A stretch of 64,000 nucleotides of DNA, taken from Callorhinchus milii. Its lineage: Eukaryota. Where the stretch lies: positions 23,066,001-23,130,000 of the forward strand of contig NW_024704743.1 in NCBI RefSeq assembly GCF_018977255.1, read 5' to 3'. Position numbers and translations under genes: made by a program. The notes beneath the pieces are model-generated. The model had not been told where the DNA came from and ran no database searches. It saw only the letters and a program-made list of their open reading frames with translations. This document shows, piece after piece, positions 50,405-63,518 of this stretch. Each line of letters opens with the position of its first letter. Within the stretch, counting starts at the first letter, position 1.

Positions 50405-50950
50405 TATTCATGCTTTTGTCATGTCCCACCTTGATTTTCCCAATGTACTCCTTGCGGATTTCCCCAGCTCCACTATTAACACGATTGAAAACTCTGCTGC
50501 CTGTGGCCTCACCTGTACCAGGCTCTGCATTTCCTATCACCCCAGTTCTTGCCAGGTTCCACTGGCTCCCTGTTGCCTTTTTGTTGATTTCAAGAGCTTT
50601 TCTTTAACGCTCAAGTTTCTTCATGCCTTCTCACTTGCCAAACTCTCCGATCTGCTCACATCCCAGTCCTCTACCCTCCACAGTCGCTCAACTGGTTAAA
50701 GTCTTCTGCAAGTCGCTCATCCCCTCCGCTTCACAATTGCCAGTTTTGCTTTCAATCTTAGTAATTACTTACCTCAATCCCTCCATCTTGGCCCCTCTTA
50801 GCCCGTTTTTCAAATCGCACCTGAAAACTTATGACCGTGCTTTAGGTCACCTCCCCTTCCTTTCCAGCTTGGCATTGAGCCATGCTACTGTTATGTACTG
50901 CGAGGCACTACTGGTGTGAAGGGCGCTATATAAGTTCAAGTTGTTGTTGT
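50405..50950 (+). mobile_element. L2 LINE 3' end
   Basis: SHLDFPNVLLADFP..IENSAA; ITPVLARFHWLPV; FKSHLKT; gggcgctatataagttcaagttgttgttg tail. Confidence 0.85.
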
Positions 50951-50954
50951 CATT

Positions 50955-51345
50955 GAGTCTTTCATATGGTACTTTATCAAAAGCCTTTTGGAAGTCCAGA
51001 TTCACTATGATATATAGCTTATCACTACCAATTTGGGATGTTACCTCTGTAAACACATCTATGAGATTGGTCAGACAAGATATATATAATCATAATCCTT
51101 GTATTTGATATAGTGCCTTTTACATCAGAAGTAGGTTTCAAAATGCTTCACAGGATTCACTGTAAGATGTCCATGTAATTTTGTTCCCTCCTGAATCCAT
51201 ACTCGCTGTTATTTGTTAGATTATTTTTATTCAAACAATCTTCCATTTTCGTTCTGATGATTAACTCCATATTTGTTGCAATTATTCAGGTCAGTCTAAT
51301 GGGTCTGTAGTTGTCAGGTATGGTTCTGACATCTTTCTTCAATAT
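50955..51345 (-). mobile_element. CR1 LINE RT fragment
   Basis: NLDFQKAFDKVPYERL; ataatacctgacaactacagacccattagactgacc-like PGNYRPISLT region. Confidence 0.75.
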
Positions 51346-53169
51346 AAATATAACCTATTTATTTCTATGGTCTTTACAGAAACACATTTCTTTGCTTCCA
51401 ATCTGTTGAACCCTCACCAGGGTAATTGACACCCTCATAATGTTTGGCTTCCTTACTAAGGAGATTGAATTGACTGTGTAGATCCTTATTAAATTGCATA
51501 CAGTGAGGTCTACTTTGCAGTGTTTGTTAACCAAATTCCCAGTTAAGTAATCCCATTAGAATTCCCATACATCAGATGGAACTCCAGTCCTGGAAGTAGA
51601 TCCCACCTGGACCAGAGTTCTGGGTTAGTATGATGGAAGGAATTTACATTTCCATCATTTAGAGACCCTATGAAAGCAGCCCATCAATAAATACCACATT
51701 TTATAATCTAACCAGTGGATAAATAGGCGAATGGCTCTTTCTTTGTTTAATACTTTCTGATGTATCATAATGTTATCTATTTTCGATTGGGGCTGATGAT
51801 GGCAATTTTTTATATTTTTGTATTTTGATAACTTCAGTCATAATGATAAGAAATGCTCAACTCCTGAATTAAGGGCTTTCTATGAATGTTTACATAGGTA
51901 GGAGCTCATTCAGCAACAAAATACACAGTCACCACTCATTACACTGTATCTTGTGAAGTGCTTTGATACAATCTTGTGATGCAAAAGGTGCGATATCAAA
52001 TGCAAGGATCATCATTATTGATAGAGCACATCTGCTGTCCCTGATTTCCCCGGGGACAACTGTAGGATCACCAATACTCTGTTTTTTTATAAGGTGAACC
52101 ATCCATAATTTCTGGACACACTATCATGGAAGTACACAATCATTTATGTCTCCAATCCAATAAAAAGATTATTTTTCATGAAATCGCCAACTTCTTCATC
52201 ATGTGTTCTATTTCTGTAAACTTTCACTTCTATGTTCTGTAAACTCTCTGCCAGGCTTCGCTCACAAAATACAGTCAATCCACTACAGTATATTCTTTGA
52301 AGTGCTTTGAGACTTCTCAACATTGTGATAAGGCGCTATATCAAATGCAAGGATTCCATCTGTCTATCTGTGGCATTCTTTGAAGGATATTTTTAACTCT
52401 AAATAAGCAATTATGTTCATCTGAGATAGCATGCCTCTATCAGACGGAACCGTAATGCAGCCCTTTGAGTCCCCTGATGCCCCGTCTGATAAGATTGCGG
52501 GGATGTCTTGAGTGCTAGTGTGGATGACCTATCACTGACACTAATGGGGAATTCTTTAAGGAGTCTAATCTCCGAATGTACATCAAGACATTTTAGCTGC
52601 AGCGAGATTAACTACTCTTTTCACAAGATCACAAGAGAGCTAAAAGTAAGAGTAGAGGAGCCCTCCACATCACTAAAATTGTTCTTCCTTGTTCTAGCAT
52701 TTAGGCATTGTCTCAAAGTATTGATCTGGGTTTAATTTCTCCACTCCATTTTATCTACTTCTATAAGATTCCTTCTGAAACATTTCTTTTCAAGACTAAA
52801 GTCCTCTAGTTTATTTAATCTTTCCTCCTAGCTCATCCCTCCAAAAATGGGGATCAATCTCATTGGACTGTTTGAAGTTCCCAAAATAATATTAGTTCCT
52901 TCTTTCTCGTGTTTCTAATTAGCATAGTAACAATCCCTTCTTCCTACACTGGCCTGGCACTACGTAGCAACTCACAAAATTTGTCCTGGTCCTTTTTACA
53001 TGAAGCACATCTAATAAGAAAATTTCATTCTGAGGCTTGTTCTGATTTTGGTTCAACTACCTTAACTTCTCAGGTATCCATTAAATATAAAGCAGTTCCA
53101 GTTTCCCATATCTTTTGTAAATACCATGAACATTATACTCACATGATTCTAATTTAGTCTGCAATACTT

Positions 53170-53575
53170 ATATCTACCTCAACCTTATTTTTGCCTTCAA
53201 GATCCTCACACTTGTCTACAAATCCCTTGATGCCCTGGCATCTCTCTACCTCTACGACCTGCTTACTCCCCACGCTACCACCCACTACCTACACTCGGCT
53301 GGCTCTGACATCCTGCTAGTCCCTCATTCCCTCTGGTCCATCATCGGCAGCCATACTTTCAGACACCACGTCCCAAAACTTTGGAACGCTCTCTCAATCC
53401 CTCCGCCTTGCCCCTTCCTTCCCCATTTTCAGATCGCTCCTGAAGACCATCCTCTTTGACTGTGCTTACTGTCACCTCCCCACTCCCCTGAGCTTGGCGT
53501 CAGGCTCTGCCACTGTGAAGCGCTCCGAGACACTGCCCCATGTGAAGGCCGCTATATAAAAGAACGTTGTTGTTC
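53170..53575 (+). mobile_element. L2 LINE 3' end
   Basis: ttcaagatcctcacacttgtctacaaatccc ... ctgaagaccatcctctttgactgtgc ... gctatataaaagaacgttgttgtt. Confidence 0.85.
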
Positions 53576-54929
53576 TAACATTGTATTTACTGGGCAGTGC
53601 TCCTAGTTCCATTATTATATTTTGAATGCTTCCATTAATGTAAATGTCAGAATACTCATAGACTCATACTCATATGAGTATTCTGAGTAATTGTGAGTAA
53701 GTGTGTAATACTGTTGTTGTTGTTGTCTTGCTACCTATACTTCCTTTGATTTTTTCACTCTTCTGTTTTCCCTTTCTGTTTTCCTTTTTGTCATAAACTG
53801 AAATCTTTCCCATCTCTTCCTGATCACCAACTGGTCTGGGCTTGTTTTTATTTTCTAGAGCATTCTCTACCTTTCCATACTGAGTTTAAATGAATCCCAA
53901 TTGTTCAGTTCATGTTTTGTGCCTCATCTGGTAAGTGCAAACTTTACTTCCTTTAAATGTTCCTCCTCCTTGAAAAGGTTCCCCAGTTATTTATAAATTC
54001 GATTTCCTCTGCACACACAATTTACCTAACCAGTCATTGAAGTTAATTATCCCGCTTGTTCTTTCTACATTCCCAGATAATATAGAAAGCTAAGTGGATA
54101 CAGCACTTTTATATCCTTTGCTTAAACCTGCTTTAAATCTGCTCACTCATATATATTTCTTTAGCTCCTCTAACCTTCTGTTCATGATATAGAGTAAATT
54201 CCTCATTTCCTTTTCCCTATTTTCCTTCTCATTTAGTTATTTTGTTAGTCAATTGTTGGTTTGCTTTCCGGGAGTAATAATAATTTGTCGGACACTGCTG
54301 TGCTCAACACTGGAGGTCATCCAATAAATACCATCAGATTATTTGAAATGTATACTATATGCTACCCCTACAATAGCTTGAATAAATATAATATCAGAAC
54401 TCATGACTCTGTGTTCCAATTGTTCTTTCACCTGTGGAAAATGCCCCCAGAATCCATTCAAGTCTGGTGCTTCTGAGTTATTGCTCATTCACACTCATGA
54501 AGGGACAGTCGTGACCAATCACCGCAGCAATATCCTATTATAGAAATCAATAGCGAGTCAGCATGTGAGCAAATCAACCGAACAAACGTTGAGTTTGGAT
54601 CAAACAATACGGCGGCTCCAGTAAACTCTAGCACAAAGTGGTGGAATATGAATTTGTGCTGGTTACGTCTGACATAGAATCAGAGGATCATAGAGTGCAG
54701 ATGCAGGCCATTCGGCCACTCACGTCTACACTACTGGTGTTTTGCTCCTTGGAGGAACTTGGTAGCAAGAAAAGGCTGTTCAACCACATCCAGACGAATC
54801 CACCAGTTTATTATGCAGATCTTTTAATCTTTATTCTCCATCCTTTCACCATACACCTTTATACTTCTACTGCCCAATGTCTGTTCTATCTTTCTTTTAA
54901 ATATCCATATCGATTCCACCTCTATATTT

Positions 54930-55425
54930 TCCTGGAATTTGAACCTGAGCTGGGGCTCGGGATCAGGGAGGGTAGAGGGCAGGAAGGGTAGAAGGGTGAC
55001 CAAAGACTCGGTCGAAGAGGAGGGTTTTGAGATGCGCCTTGAAGGAGGCAAAGGAGGGAGCAAGGTGAAGGGATTGTGGGATGGAGTCCCATAGGGTGGG
55101 GGCAGAGGGCTGAAGGCTCGTTCGTCAATAGTGCTGAGGAGAGGTAGCGGACAGGTTGATATGGGGTCAGCAGATCGCACAGTTAGGGAGGGGCAAGGCC
55201 ATAGAGGGCCTCGAATGCAAGAACGAGGATTTTGAACTCTATTCTCTGGGGAATTGGGAGCCAGTGGAGCTGGGGGAGGGTGTGGCTGATGGGGTCATGG
55301 AGCCTGGTGTGGGAGAGGACCCAAGCTGCAGAGTTCTGGAGGATGTGCAGCTTGTGGAGGGAAGAGTTGGGAAAGCTGACAAGCAGGGAATTGGCATAGG
55401 CGAGCTTAGATGTGATGAATGCATG
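54930..55425 (-). mobile_element. L2 LINE 3' fragment nested in CR1 remnants (about 54670-54925 and 55428-55960)
   Basis: STIDERAFSP; ctgcacatcctccagaactctgcagc (L.ILQNSAA) on the minus strand. Confidence 0.85.
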
Positions 55426-55427
55426 TG

Positions 55428-55960
55428 AAGAATTGCTTCCTGACCTCAGTTCTAATTCTCTTAGTTATATGCCCACTTTGTAGTAGATCTCTCCACCAGA
55501 GAGAAGAGCTATCCTCTATCTAACCTGTCAATTCCTTTCATTATTTTAAAAAACATCACCCTTTAAGATTTTCTGCTCCAACGATATACATAACCCTAGT
55601 TGACCTAGCCTCTCATAATAGTTAAGTTCCTTCAGCTCAGGTATTAGTGAAGTCAACCATTGCTAGGCTAGTATATCCTTCTTAAGATATGAATACAGCT
55701 TCTTAAAACTAAACACAAGACTCCATATTAGCAGCTCCTTTTTATTTTGATATTCCACACCTCTTGTAACGAAGGTCGGCAACCGATTTTTCTTACCACT
55801 TTCCGGACCTGCAAACGAGATTTAAATGATCTATGGGCTTAAACCGCTAGATCTCTCTGCTCACCTCTACCTCCACAAGAACCACTCTCCTGGTTTCCGC
55901 CATACCTTTTAATGTGCTTCTTTTTCAAGAATCTGTCCAAACACCTTTCAGAATAAATGA
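55428..55960 (-). mobile_element. CR1 LINE C-terminal fragments
   Basis: gaagaattgcttcctgacctcagttctaa, tatatccttcttaagata; ERCLDRFLKKKHIKRYG. Confidence 0.7.
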
Positions 55961-56617
55961 TGGACTGTGCTTTTGGCAGGAGATCAGCTGAGAGGTCGGT
56001 CAGCGTACGAGCCTGAGCTCTGGTGGGTTGTCCTGAGGCACATCTGAAGGATTCAATATTTCCACGTCCTATCACAAACACTCACATAACAGTCGTTGTT
56101 ATTAATAAGGAATAAAAATGTTTTAAACATTAATGTGAACACTTTGTCTTTGTTCTTCACAGGATAAAAAATAACAGATTGGATGGTGTAACAGTACAGC
56201 TGGCTTGTCCTTGAAATGACACCTTTTTTTGCTGAAGAACGAATTTTCAGACCCCATCAACATTTCATTGCATACTTTTATGTACTTTTTAAAACCACTT
56301 TCTATTATTTATTTCTACTACGATTGGGTATCTTTTAGGCCATACATCATACAGAAGCTCAAGGCTGCAGTCATGTGTAGTGACATTACTGAAGCATTCA
56401 TAAATCAGGATTGTAATGTCAGCTGAAATAATTAACACCAAAAGAAGCTCCTCTTAAACACAGGTATTGGGGTCTGCTCAGCACCAAGTTCATGCAGATT
56501 TAAGCCACAAATAAGTGATTGTAATTATATTGGTCATGTTATTGTCTCAATTGCATAGTACGTAGGGCAAAGATATCACACAAATTCTGAAAAGGAATTC
56601 GATCCAATATTATTTCT

Positions 56618-56660
56618 ACCAGCAGCTAATGGTCAATCACACCAGCAGCTAATGGTCAAT
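56618..56660. repeat. Short direct tandem duplication (20-bp unit, 23-bp period)
   Basis: accagcagctaatggtcaat at 56618-56637 and 56641-56660. Confidence 0.85.
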
Positions 56661-57378
56661 GGGAGCAGAAAAGTTTAAGGAAGGGGTCAGTTACCTGTAA
56701 CTAACTATCTAGAGTATTACAATCACTCAATACGACTATGATATTTGCCTACAAAATACCCACAATTACACCAAATATTCACAGTTGCATCAAAAACAAG
56801 GATTATTATTATTATTATCGTTGAGTTCTAAATTGTGGTTATTCCTCAATGTTAGAATTCCCATCGACTGTGGGAACTCTGTCCCAGAGCTCGATCTTGT
56901 TGAAGAGGAGTTTGAGAAGGTTGGTGTGATGGACTGTGGGTTACTATAGGGGGTCCCCATTTGAGCAACTTGAAACCTTTATTTCATGAAGAATGCTGCA
57001 AATGAGACCCTTTTACTATCACAATGGATGTTGCTAAAATATATCTTAACCACAGTATTCTGAGCACCAAGACATCCTGTGAATGTGAGACACAGTCTGT
57101 CGAGTTTCACATTTCAGGCTCTATTAATGGAACTGAACACAATTTTACACAAAATGTTTCTGGCAAGAATGTACCAAGCATCATTTGCTTGTATTCGAAT
57201 GTAGAATGGAACAGACTGCTTCAAAGTCAGCATGATGCGCAGAGCTATGAGAATGGGATGGTGGCATAATTGCCTGTGATGGAAACTGGCAATAAATTGC
57301 CTTTGACACTGCAGAGACAATGAAGATGCAACACCTTTAATGATTCCCGCCTCCTCCCCATAGACAAGGTCACATCCT

Positions 57379-57729
57379 AATAATAATCCTTGCATTTGAA
57401 ATAGAGCCTTATCACGTCTTCGAGACGTCTCAAAGCACTTCACAGGATATACTGTAAAGTGAATTGACTGTATATTTTGTGGGTGAAATGCAGCAGTGTC
57501 CCACAAACAGTCGTGGATTGAGTGACCAAATTATTTTTGTTTTTTTGAAGGAACAATTACCCCCAGGAAATGATCCGCCAATCGACTAACAATTGGGTTC
57601 CTATTTACTGTTAGATACACAGAGTTGTGTGGAGTAAGGAAACTTGCCAAAGGCTTCACCCTGTCTGGGAATCGAACTCGAGTCCTCTCGTTTACAAGGC
57701 GAGTGCTCTAACCAATATGCTACAGGACA
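57379..57729 (-). mobile_element. Full-length tRNA-derived SINE (long form)
   Basis: Reverse match to 48738-49115. Confidence 0.9.
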
Positions 57730-58504
57730 TCCTAATGGTTTAACCTTGAACTAGTTTACATGAGGAGGTAAGATTGCAACATTAACTTGCAGTAACCTTC
57801 ATTAGTGAGCAAAGGACATTTCAGACTGATATTGCATCTCAGGCTTAATCCTGTTTTCCTTTGTTGCTAAATTCATCACTGAAGGGATCTTGTGATATCT
57901 ATTGCAGTTCTTATGGATATTTTAATTAATGGTACGTTAAAATGAGCAAAAGGTGTAGTAATTACATTTACAGAGAGGGTGCTAATTACAGTCAGTCTGT
58001 TATTCAAAGTTGCAAGCAGTGAGTTCTAAGGATTCGCGAGAACTATTTGATTCCATTCCTTTATCAGAAAGAATACTATGGCAGTCAATTCCTTCTTTAG
58101 TCAAGTTGATGAACTACCCATCTCTGCCTTTTGCTTCACCTTCTGAAACATAGGGGTGAAAGTTAGTTATTTTCAACCCAATTGGCAGACTTCAGCAATA
58201 ACTAGTGTGCGTCATGCCAGCCTGTGAGAATCTAGCTCTTGTGTGCCGAGCAGATGATTGGGTTGGAGTAGAGTTTTCATGCAGGTCGACATGATACTGA
58301 TCCAGTGACCAGTTTGATTCAAAATTTGCGCATCTTTTTCAATTTGTTGCAAATACCACATTTTAGATGCACAATAGGATATTGATTATCCACCCTCTTA
58401 CCATTTTCCTAATCATACATCACAAAATTTAGGGCTTCAACCAGACAAAGTCATGGAAGGATCACAGCAAACTCTACTGGACCATCTGCCAATGCTAAAA
58501 TATT

Positions 58505-58882
58505 GACAGCCTGACTTAGTTGGTTGTTTTGGAATCAGATGGTGATAGATTCAAGGCCAACATTGGAAGTGTGCTGCGTTGCCAGAGGTATCGTCCTTCA
58601 GATGAGATGTCAAACCATGGTCCTGACTGCCTGTTCAGGTGGACATTGAAGATCCCATGGTACTATTCAAAAAGAAAAGGGAATTTCACCTGGTATCCTG
58701 GCCAATAAATAGTCTTGATAAAACTGGTCATTCACTTCATGACTGTTTGTGGGACATTGGCAAGCACAACATTGGCTGTCGAGATCACCTTCAAAAAACA
58801 CAATTACTATATTTTGCAGTAAAATCTGAGACATCTTAACAACTTAATAAGGCATTATATCCAATGTAAGAACTATTATTGT
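58505..58882 (+). mobile_element. DeuSINE/SacSINE1-like SINE
   Basis: ccttcagatgagatgtcaaacc...ctgttcaggtggacattgaagatcccatggtactattc. Confidence 0.8.
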
Positions 58883-59062
58883 TACAATAATGATTATGCA
58901 ACAAAAACAAACTCAGTTTTTGGCAACTTAGTACTATGAGGCTCCATTATCTATTTAAAATGAAGATGTCATAGATAGCAGAGTGGGCTAGTGTGTCTTC
59001 TGGGAGGAACGGGGAAGGAAAGACAGGATTTTCTGGAGTGAAATAAAAAAGAAGACATAGAG

Positions 59063-59255
59063 CAGGAATGTCAAACATACGGTCCACGGGTCACTGGCGG
59101 CCTGTGGAGTGATATTCGGTTGCCCGCCCATAAGTTTCTAAAATCGCATTGATATACTCTACTGTATTGTAATTTTTCTTTAAAACAACTTTCTTGTTTT
59201 TAATATAAGACATATAGTTGAACCTGTGCATTCTGCATTGCATGAGTGACATTCC
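59063..59255. mobile_element. hAT-like non-autonomous transposon remnant
   Basis: caggaatgtcaaacatacggtccacggg terminus and partial inverted end tgacattccc; no clean TSD. Confidence 0.5.
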
Positions 59256-59356
59256 CATTAAGCCAATGACAGCTCACAATCACTATAGACATTTTCAGGT
59301 ACAATATTATGTATATGGAGAGTATCTGGACAACAGTGATCACAACATCATTAGTG

Positions 59357-60076
59357 CAGTCCTGTAGCTCAGTGGTTAGTGCACTCGCCTCGGAAGCGAG
59401 AGGACATAGGTTTGATTACCGGCCGGGTAAAATGTTGGGCAAGTTTCCTTACTCCACACGCCTCTGTTGACAACAACAACAACTTGCATTTACCTAGCAG
59501 TAAGTAAGCAAGCAAGCAAGCAAGAACCCGGTTGTTAGTTGATTGGCGGATAATAATTTCTTCAAAATAAATGAAAATAATTTGGTCACTCAATCTTGCC
59601 ATCTTGGTGACCCTCAACTGTCCTTTCTACCCCACATCCATGCTATAACCTGCTCTGTCATGGATTCATGACATCCAGGTTCGACTACCCAAATTCCCTG
59701 CTTGTCGGCCTCCCCAACTCCTCCCTCCATAGGTTGCAGATCATCCAGAACCCTGCAGGCCGTGTCCTCTCCCGCACCAGGCTCTGTGATCCTATCATCT
59801 CCATCCTCGTCCGACTCCACTGGCTTCCCATCACACAGAGGATACAGTTCAAGATCCTGGTTCTCACTTTCAAAGCCCTCCATGGCCTTGCTCCCCCGAA
59901 CCTCAGCAACCTCCTAAACCCCTACCTAACACTGCTCTGTGCAATTGGCTGCTGCATTTCGCCCACAAAATATACAGTCAATTCACTTTACCTTTACAGT
60001 ACATTCTGTGAAGCACTTTGAGATGTCTCAAAGACATGATAAGGCGCTATATCAAATGCAAGGATTATTATTATTA
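59357..60076 (+). mobile_element. tRNA-derived SINE interrupted by an internal L2 ORF2 fragment (59598-59927)
   Basis: SINE head to ttggtcactcaatc, then L2 TSRFDYPNSLLVGLPNSSLHRLQIIQNPAGR...LHWLPITQRIQFKIL, then the SINE body resumes. Confidence 0.9.
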
Positions 60077-61021
60077 ATACCTATTTTTACGGTGCGGCCC
60101 ACCAAGTGCAGTATTAACTTAAATGGCCCTTGCAGCTAGATTAGATTGTCCTAGAGCAAGTGGGATAACATTTAATTTATTTAAGGAAAAGTTTAAAGAA
60201 TACTACAAGCTTTACCCCAATTTCCCAAATCATCCATAATATTTGCAATTTTTTTTCAACAAAGCTCTTTGTATTGTAATATTTCATTAGGAGCGTTTGA
60301 GATATGAACAATGCACAGACTAAGCCTGTACTTTTCCTGACAATGTGTGGTTAGAGGCAGAAGGGTCTTGTGAATGATTGTTTTGTCAGATATTTAATAA
60401 TAATAATTATTCTTGCATTTGAAATAGCACCTTATCACATTGTTGAGACATCTCAAACTGCTTCACAGGTTTTACTGTAAAGCGTAGTGACTGTGTCTAT
60501 TTTGTGGGTTTAACATTAAACTGCAATGATTTTTTAAAAGATGAATTGCAGGGAAGAACACTGCAACGGGTGGAACTGAAAGGAACACTTTTATGTTTGA
60601 AATATCATGTTGACATTTTGTGCAACACCTTTTTTGTATTAGAGTTAATTAAACTGTCAATTTAATACAATTATCCTTCAATTTAAAGTTACCAAAAAAT
60701 GGAGGGTAAACCCTTCACTATGGTAAATAATTAAGGCTCCACTGTATATAAATAGACATTGCAAATTCACCACAAAACAAAAAAGTCATTATGTTATTTA
60801 AATTGAGTCATTGACAAAGAGTTATAAATAAGTTTGAAACAACTTGCCTCAACTTGAAATCAGAGATAAAGATACATCCCATTATACAACTGGTATGGTT
60901 GAAATGTGCCTCACATTAAATGGATACTGTTAAAGAATAGCTGGATCATTACAGTCTGATGTGCAATTTTAAATTTAGACATTCCTAAAGCATCAAAATG
61001 GAATTACATTGCCTTACATCC

Positions 61022-61371
61022 TCCTTGGGGGAAGGTAACTGGGATCTCCTTGGAATTGAACTGGTTCCAAAGTAACATGTTGGAATGGAGCCAACCCTCT
61101 GTAGCGGTCTCTGTAGTCCGGTTCCTGAGCGAGGCAGGTCCACAGTACTCCAGGGTACTGCTGATGATAGCACAGCCAACCTGGCTCTTCAGCAGGTCTT
61201 GGAAGAGCAATCCAGTCACTAGGAGCAGAGAATTCTCCCATTCAGCTCCTGTTAACCTTGCAAACCAAAGCCCTAATCGGTTGAGTGGTCCTTGTTGGAC
61301 AAACAGCAAGTAAGCTTGTCAGCCAGTAATATCAATGGCAAACTGTGTGATTTTAGTTGTTTAGACTCCAG
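61022..61371 (+). repeat. Unclassified interspersed repeat (copy 2)
   Basis: Colinear with 24747-25427 (ctccttggaattgaactgg; gtagtccggttc; cctgttaacc; aatatcaatggcaa; ttagactccagc). Confidence 0.7.
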
Positions 61372-62407
61372 CTAGGGTCGAGGGAAGAGAGCTGCAATGG
61401 ATGCCAGCAAAATTATAATGTATTGTGTGTTAAATGTCAAAACCATGCTTTTACATGAGTGTGGTATTCCTTTAGCAGAAAGGAGAATTAATTTCTCAAT
61501 AACATGGAACAGCAAGCAATACTTTTCCCCAAGCAAACAAATGCAATATTAAAAAATGGGGAATCCCATATTAAATGTCTTTTTGTTTTCATAAATATAT
61601 ACGGTATGAATGAAACACAACTTTTCATTTAAACACGTTTTCACACATATTGCAAATGCAAAACAAACATTGAGATACCAGTAAGAAACATACATATATC
61701 CAGACGTAACTAAATATTGTTATCACATAGATTCAGCTCTTATACAGTCACTTTATTTAAAATAATAAAAGAAATTTGCTTTACATTCAAGCCCATTAAT
61801 GTCACTCAAACATTAATCTTCTTAGTCATTGTATAAAACCCCATCTATACAATAGAAAAGAGCATAGCTAGGGGGGAAACGGGAAGCGACGATATATTCC
61901 ATTTCAGCCCAACGTACAACCGTTGACAGACTTTCACGCTTATTCATTGCATTGGATCTAACAAATCAATCAATAGTACATCTCTTAGTAACTCTTCCAC
62001 ATCTGGGTGAACTGGAACAAAGGTTGCTCAGCTAAAGTTCCATCTGAACAGGCAGACGGTGCCTCGGTTTAACATCTCATCTGAACTTTCCATTTGGCTA
62101 ACCTTTGCTCCAAAAATATGCTGTTTTCACTGAAGAGCAATCTCTTGTCAGCTGGTTTGGCCTTCATGCTTCATGCTGTTCGCAATACTATTTACAGGTA
62201 GGCACAGGATGGAACACTAACTTCACTCGGGGACGTACAGTTTCAAATGTTGAAGCAAACAAGTGCCAATTGAATCTTTTACTGGGGCCTCGGTTACCTG
62301 TTATTTAGTCGATGGAGTAAAATCCCATTCTTTGTTACAAGCAATGCCTTTGGTATGGCACAACTATAACAAGAAATCTTATTCGCGGCCAACATCACCA
62401 AAGGCAA

Positions 62408-62605
62408 CACAACAACAACTTGCATTTATATAGCTCCTTTCACGCGAGGCAGCATCTCGGAGCATTTACCAATGGCGGAGCTTGATGCCGAACCGGGGAC
62501 CGTAAGCACCTGACTCTGAGCCGGGGTCCAAAGAGGAAGGTCTTCAGTTGTGATCTAAAAGAGGGGTAAAAAGGGGCAAGGCAGAGGGAGTCCAAAGCTT
62601 CAGGG
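62408..62605 (-). mobile_element. L2 LINE 3' end
   Basis: acaacaacaacttgcatttatatagc tail; FRSQLKTFLF. Confidence 0.8.
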
Positions 62606-63157
62606 CATGACCAAATACGCAAAACACTGAACAGAATTTTTACCCCGACATCATTAATTTCTTCTGGCATAACCTTTATCTTACATGAATGTTGCAGGCT
62701 TTGCCTGCAGTATTTGACACTGCCAAAGTGTAAACCTTAAACCCTAAAATTTCCCTTTCTTGACCCAGCCTGGATACTAGGTATTTGCATGCACTGTTTA
62801 TCATTTGCTATCAGTTATTACATGTATGTTTAGAGAACAGTAATCTATTTTGCTGCAGGAAGGCAGTGCAGAGGTGGCTGGAGCATAAATAGTGATGCAG
62901 CCAATAACTGACTGGACTGTCAGGAAGCTGGTAACTTGGGAGAATCTTTGCTGCCCTAAAGTTTAGAGCTGATGTGCATCAAACAAAATTAATTGTGAAA
63001 CAACTTGTCACAAAGCATTATTTTCTTTGGACAACACTTTGATACCTGATCCTGTTGGATAAACAGGATAAGTCTTGTATTGTTTCCTGAAAGTTGCTTT
63101 GTGTAAAATAATTGGAGTGTGGTAATAACTTGCACAGCTCCTGGAATCCTAGTAACC

Positions 63158-63285
63158 AGTGGAGGCCTGTAGGGTATTGTTTAGAGCGCTCGCCTCACAA
63201 GAGAGAGGAACCGGGTCCAATTCCCAGGCAAGGCAGAACCTTAGGAGAGTTTCCTTACTCCACACGCCTCTGTGTAACAAGTAAC
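63158..63285 (+). mobile_element. tRNA-derived SINE 5' head
   Basis: gcctgtag...ttagagcgctcgcctcacaagagagagg...gtttccttactccacacgcctctg. Confidence 0.75.
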
Positions 63286-63304
63286 AAAAATCAGTAGCAA
63301 TCTC

Positions 63305-63518
63305 CTGGGTCCCCCTCCATCTCTTCCTCTATCCCTCCGCCTTTCCCCTTCCTTCCCCATCTTCAGATTGCACCTGAAGACCTTCCTATTCGAATGTGCC
63401 TACGGTCACCTCCCCACTCCCCCCGGTTCAGCTTCGCGCTCCGCACTGACAAGCTCGCTGGGACTCTACCCTACATGATCGGCGTTATATAAATGCAAGT
63501 TGCTGCTTTTGTTGTTGT
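63305..63518 (+). mobile_element. L2 LINE 3' end
   Basis: cacctgaagaccttcctattcg...ggcgttatataaatgcaagttgctgc. Confidence 0.8.

Noticed and set aside
5960..60076. Recurring taataatccttgcatttgatatagc motif as a CRISPR-like array
   Set aside because: Dispersed, on both strands, irregularly spaced; it is the SINE 3' tail in vertebrate DNA
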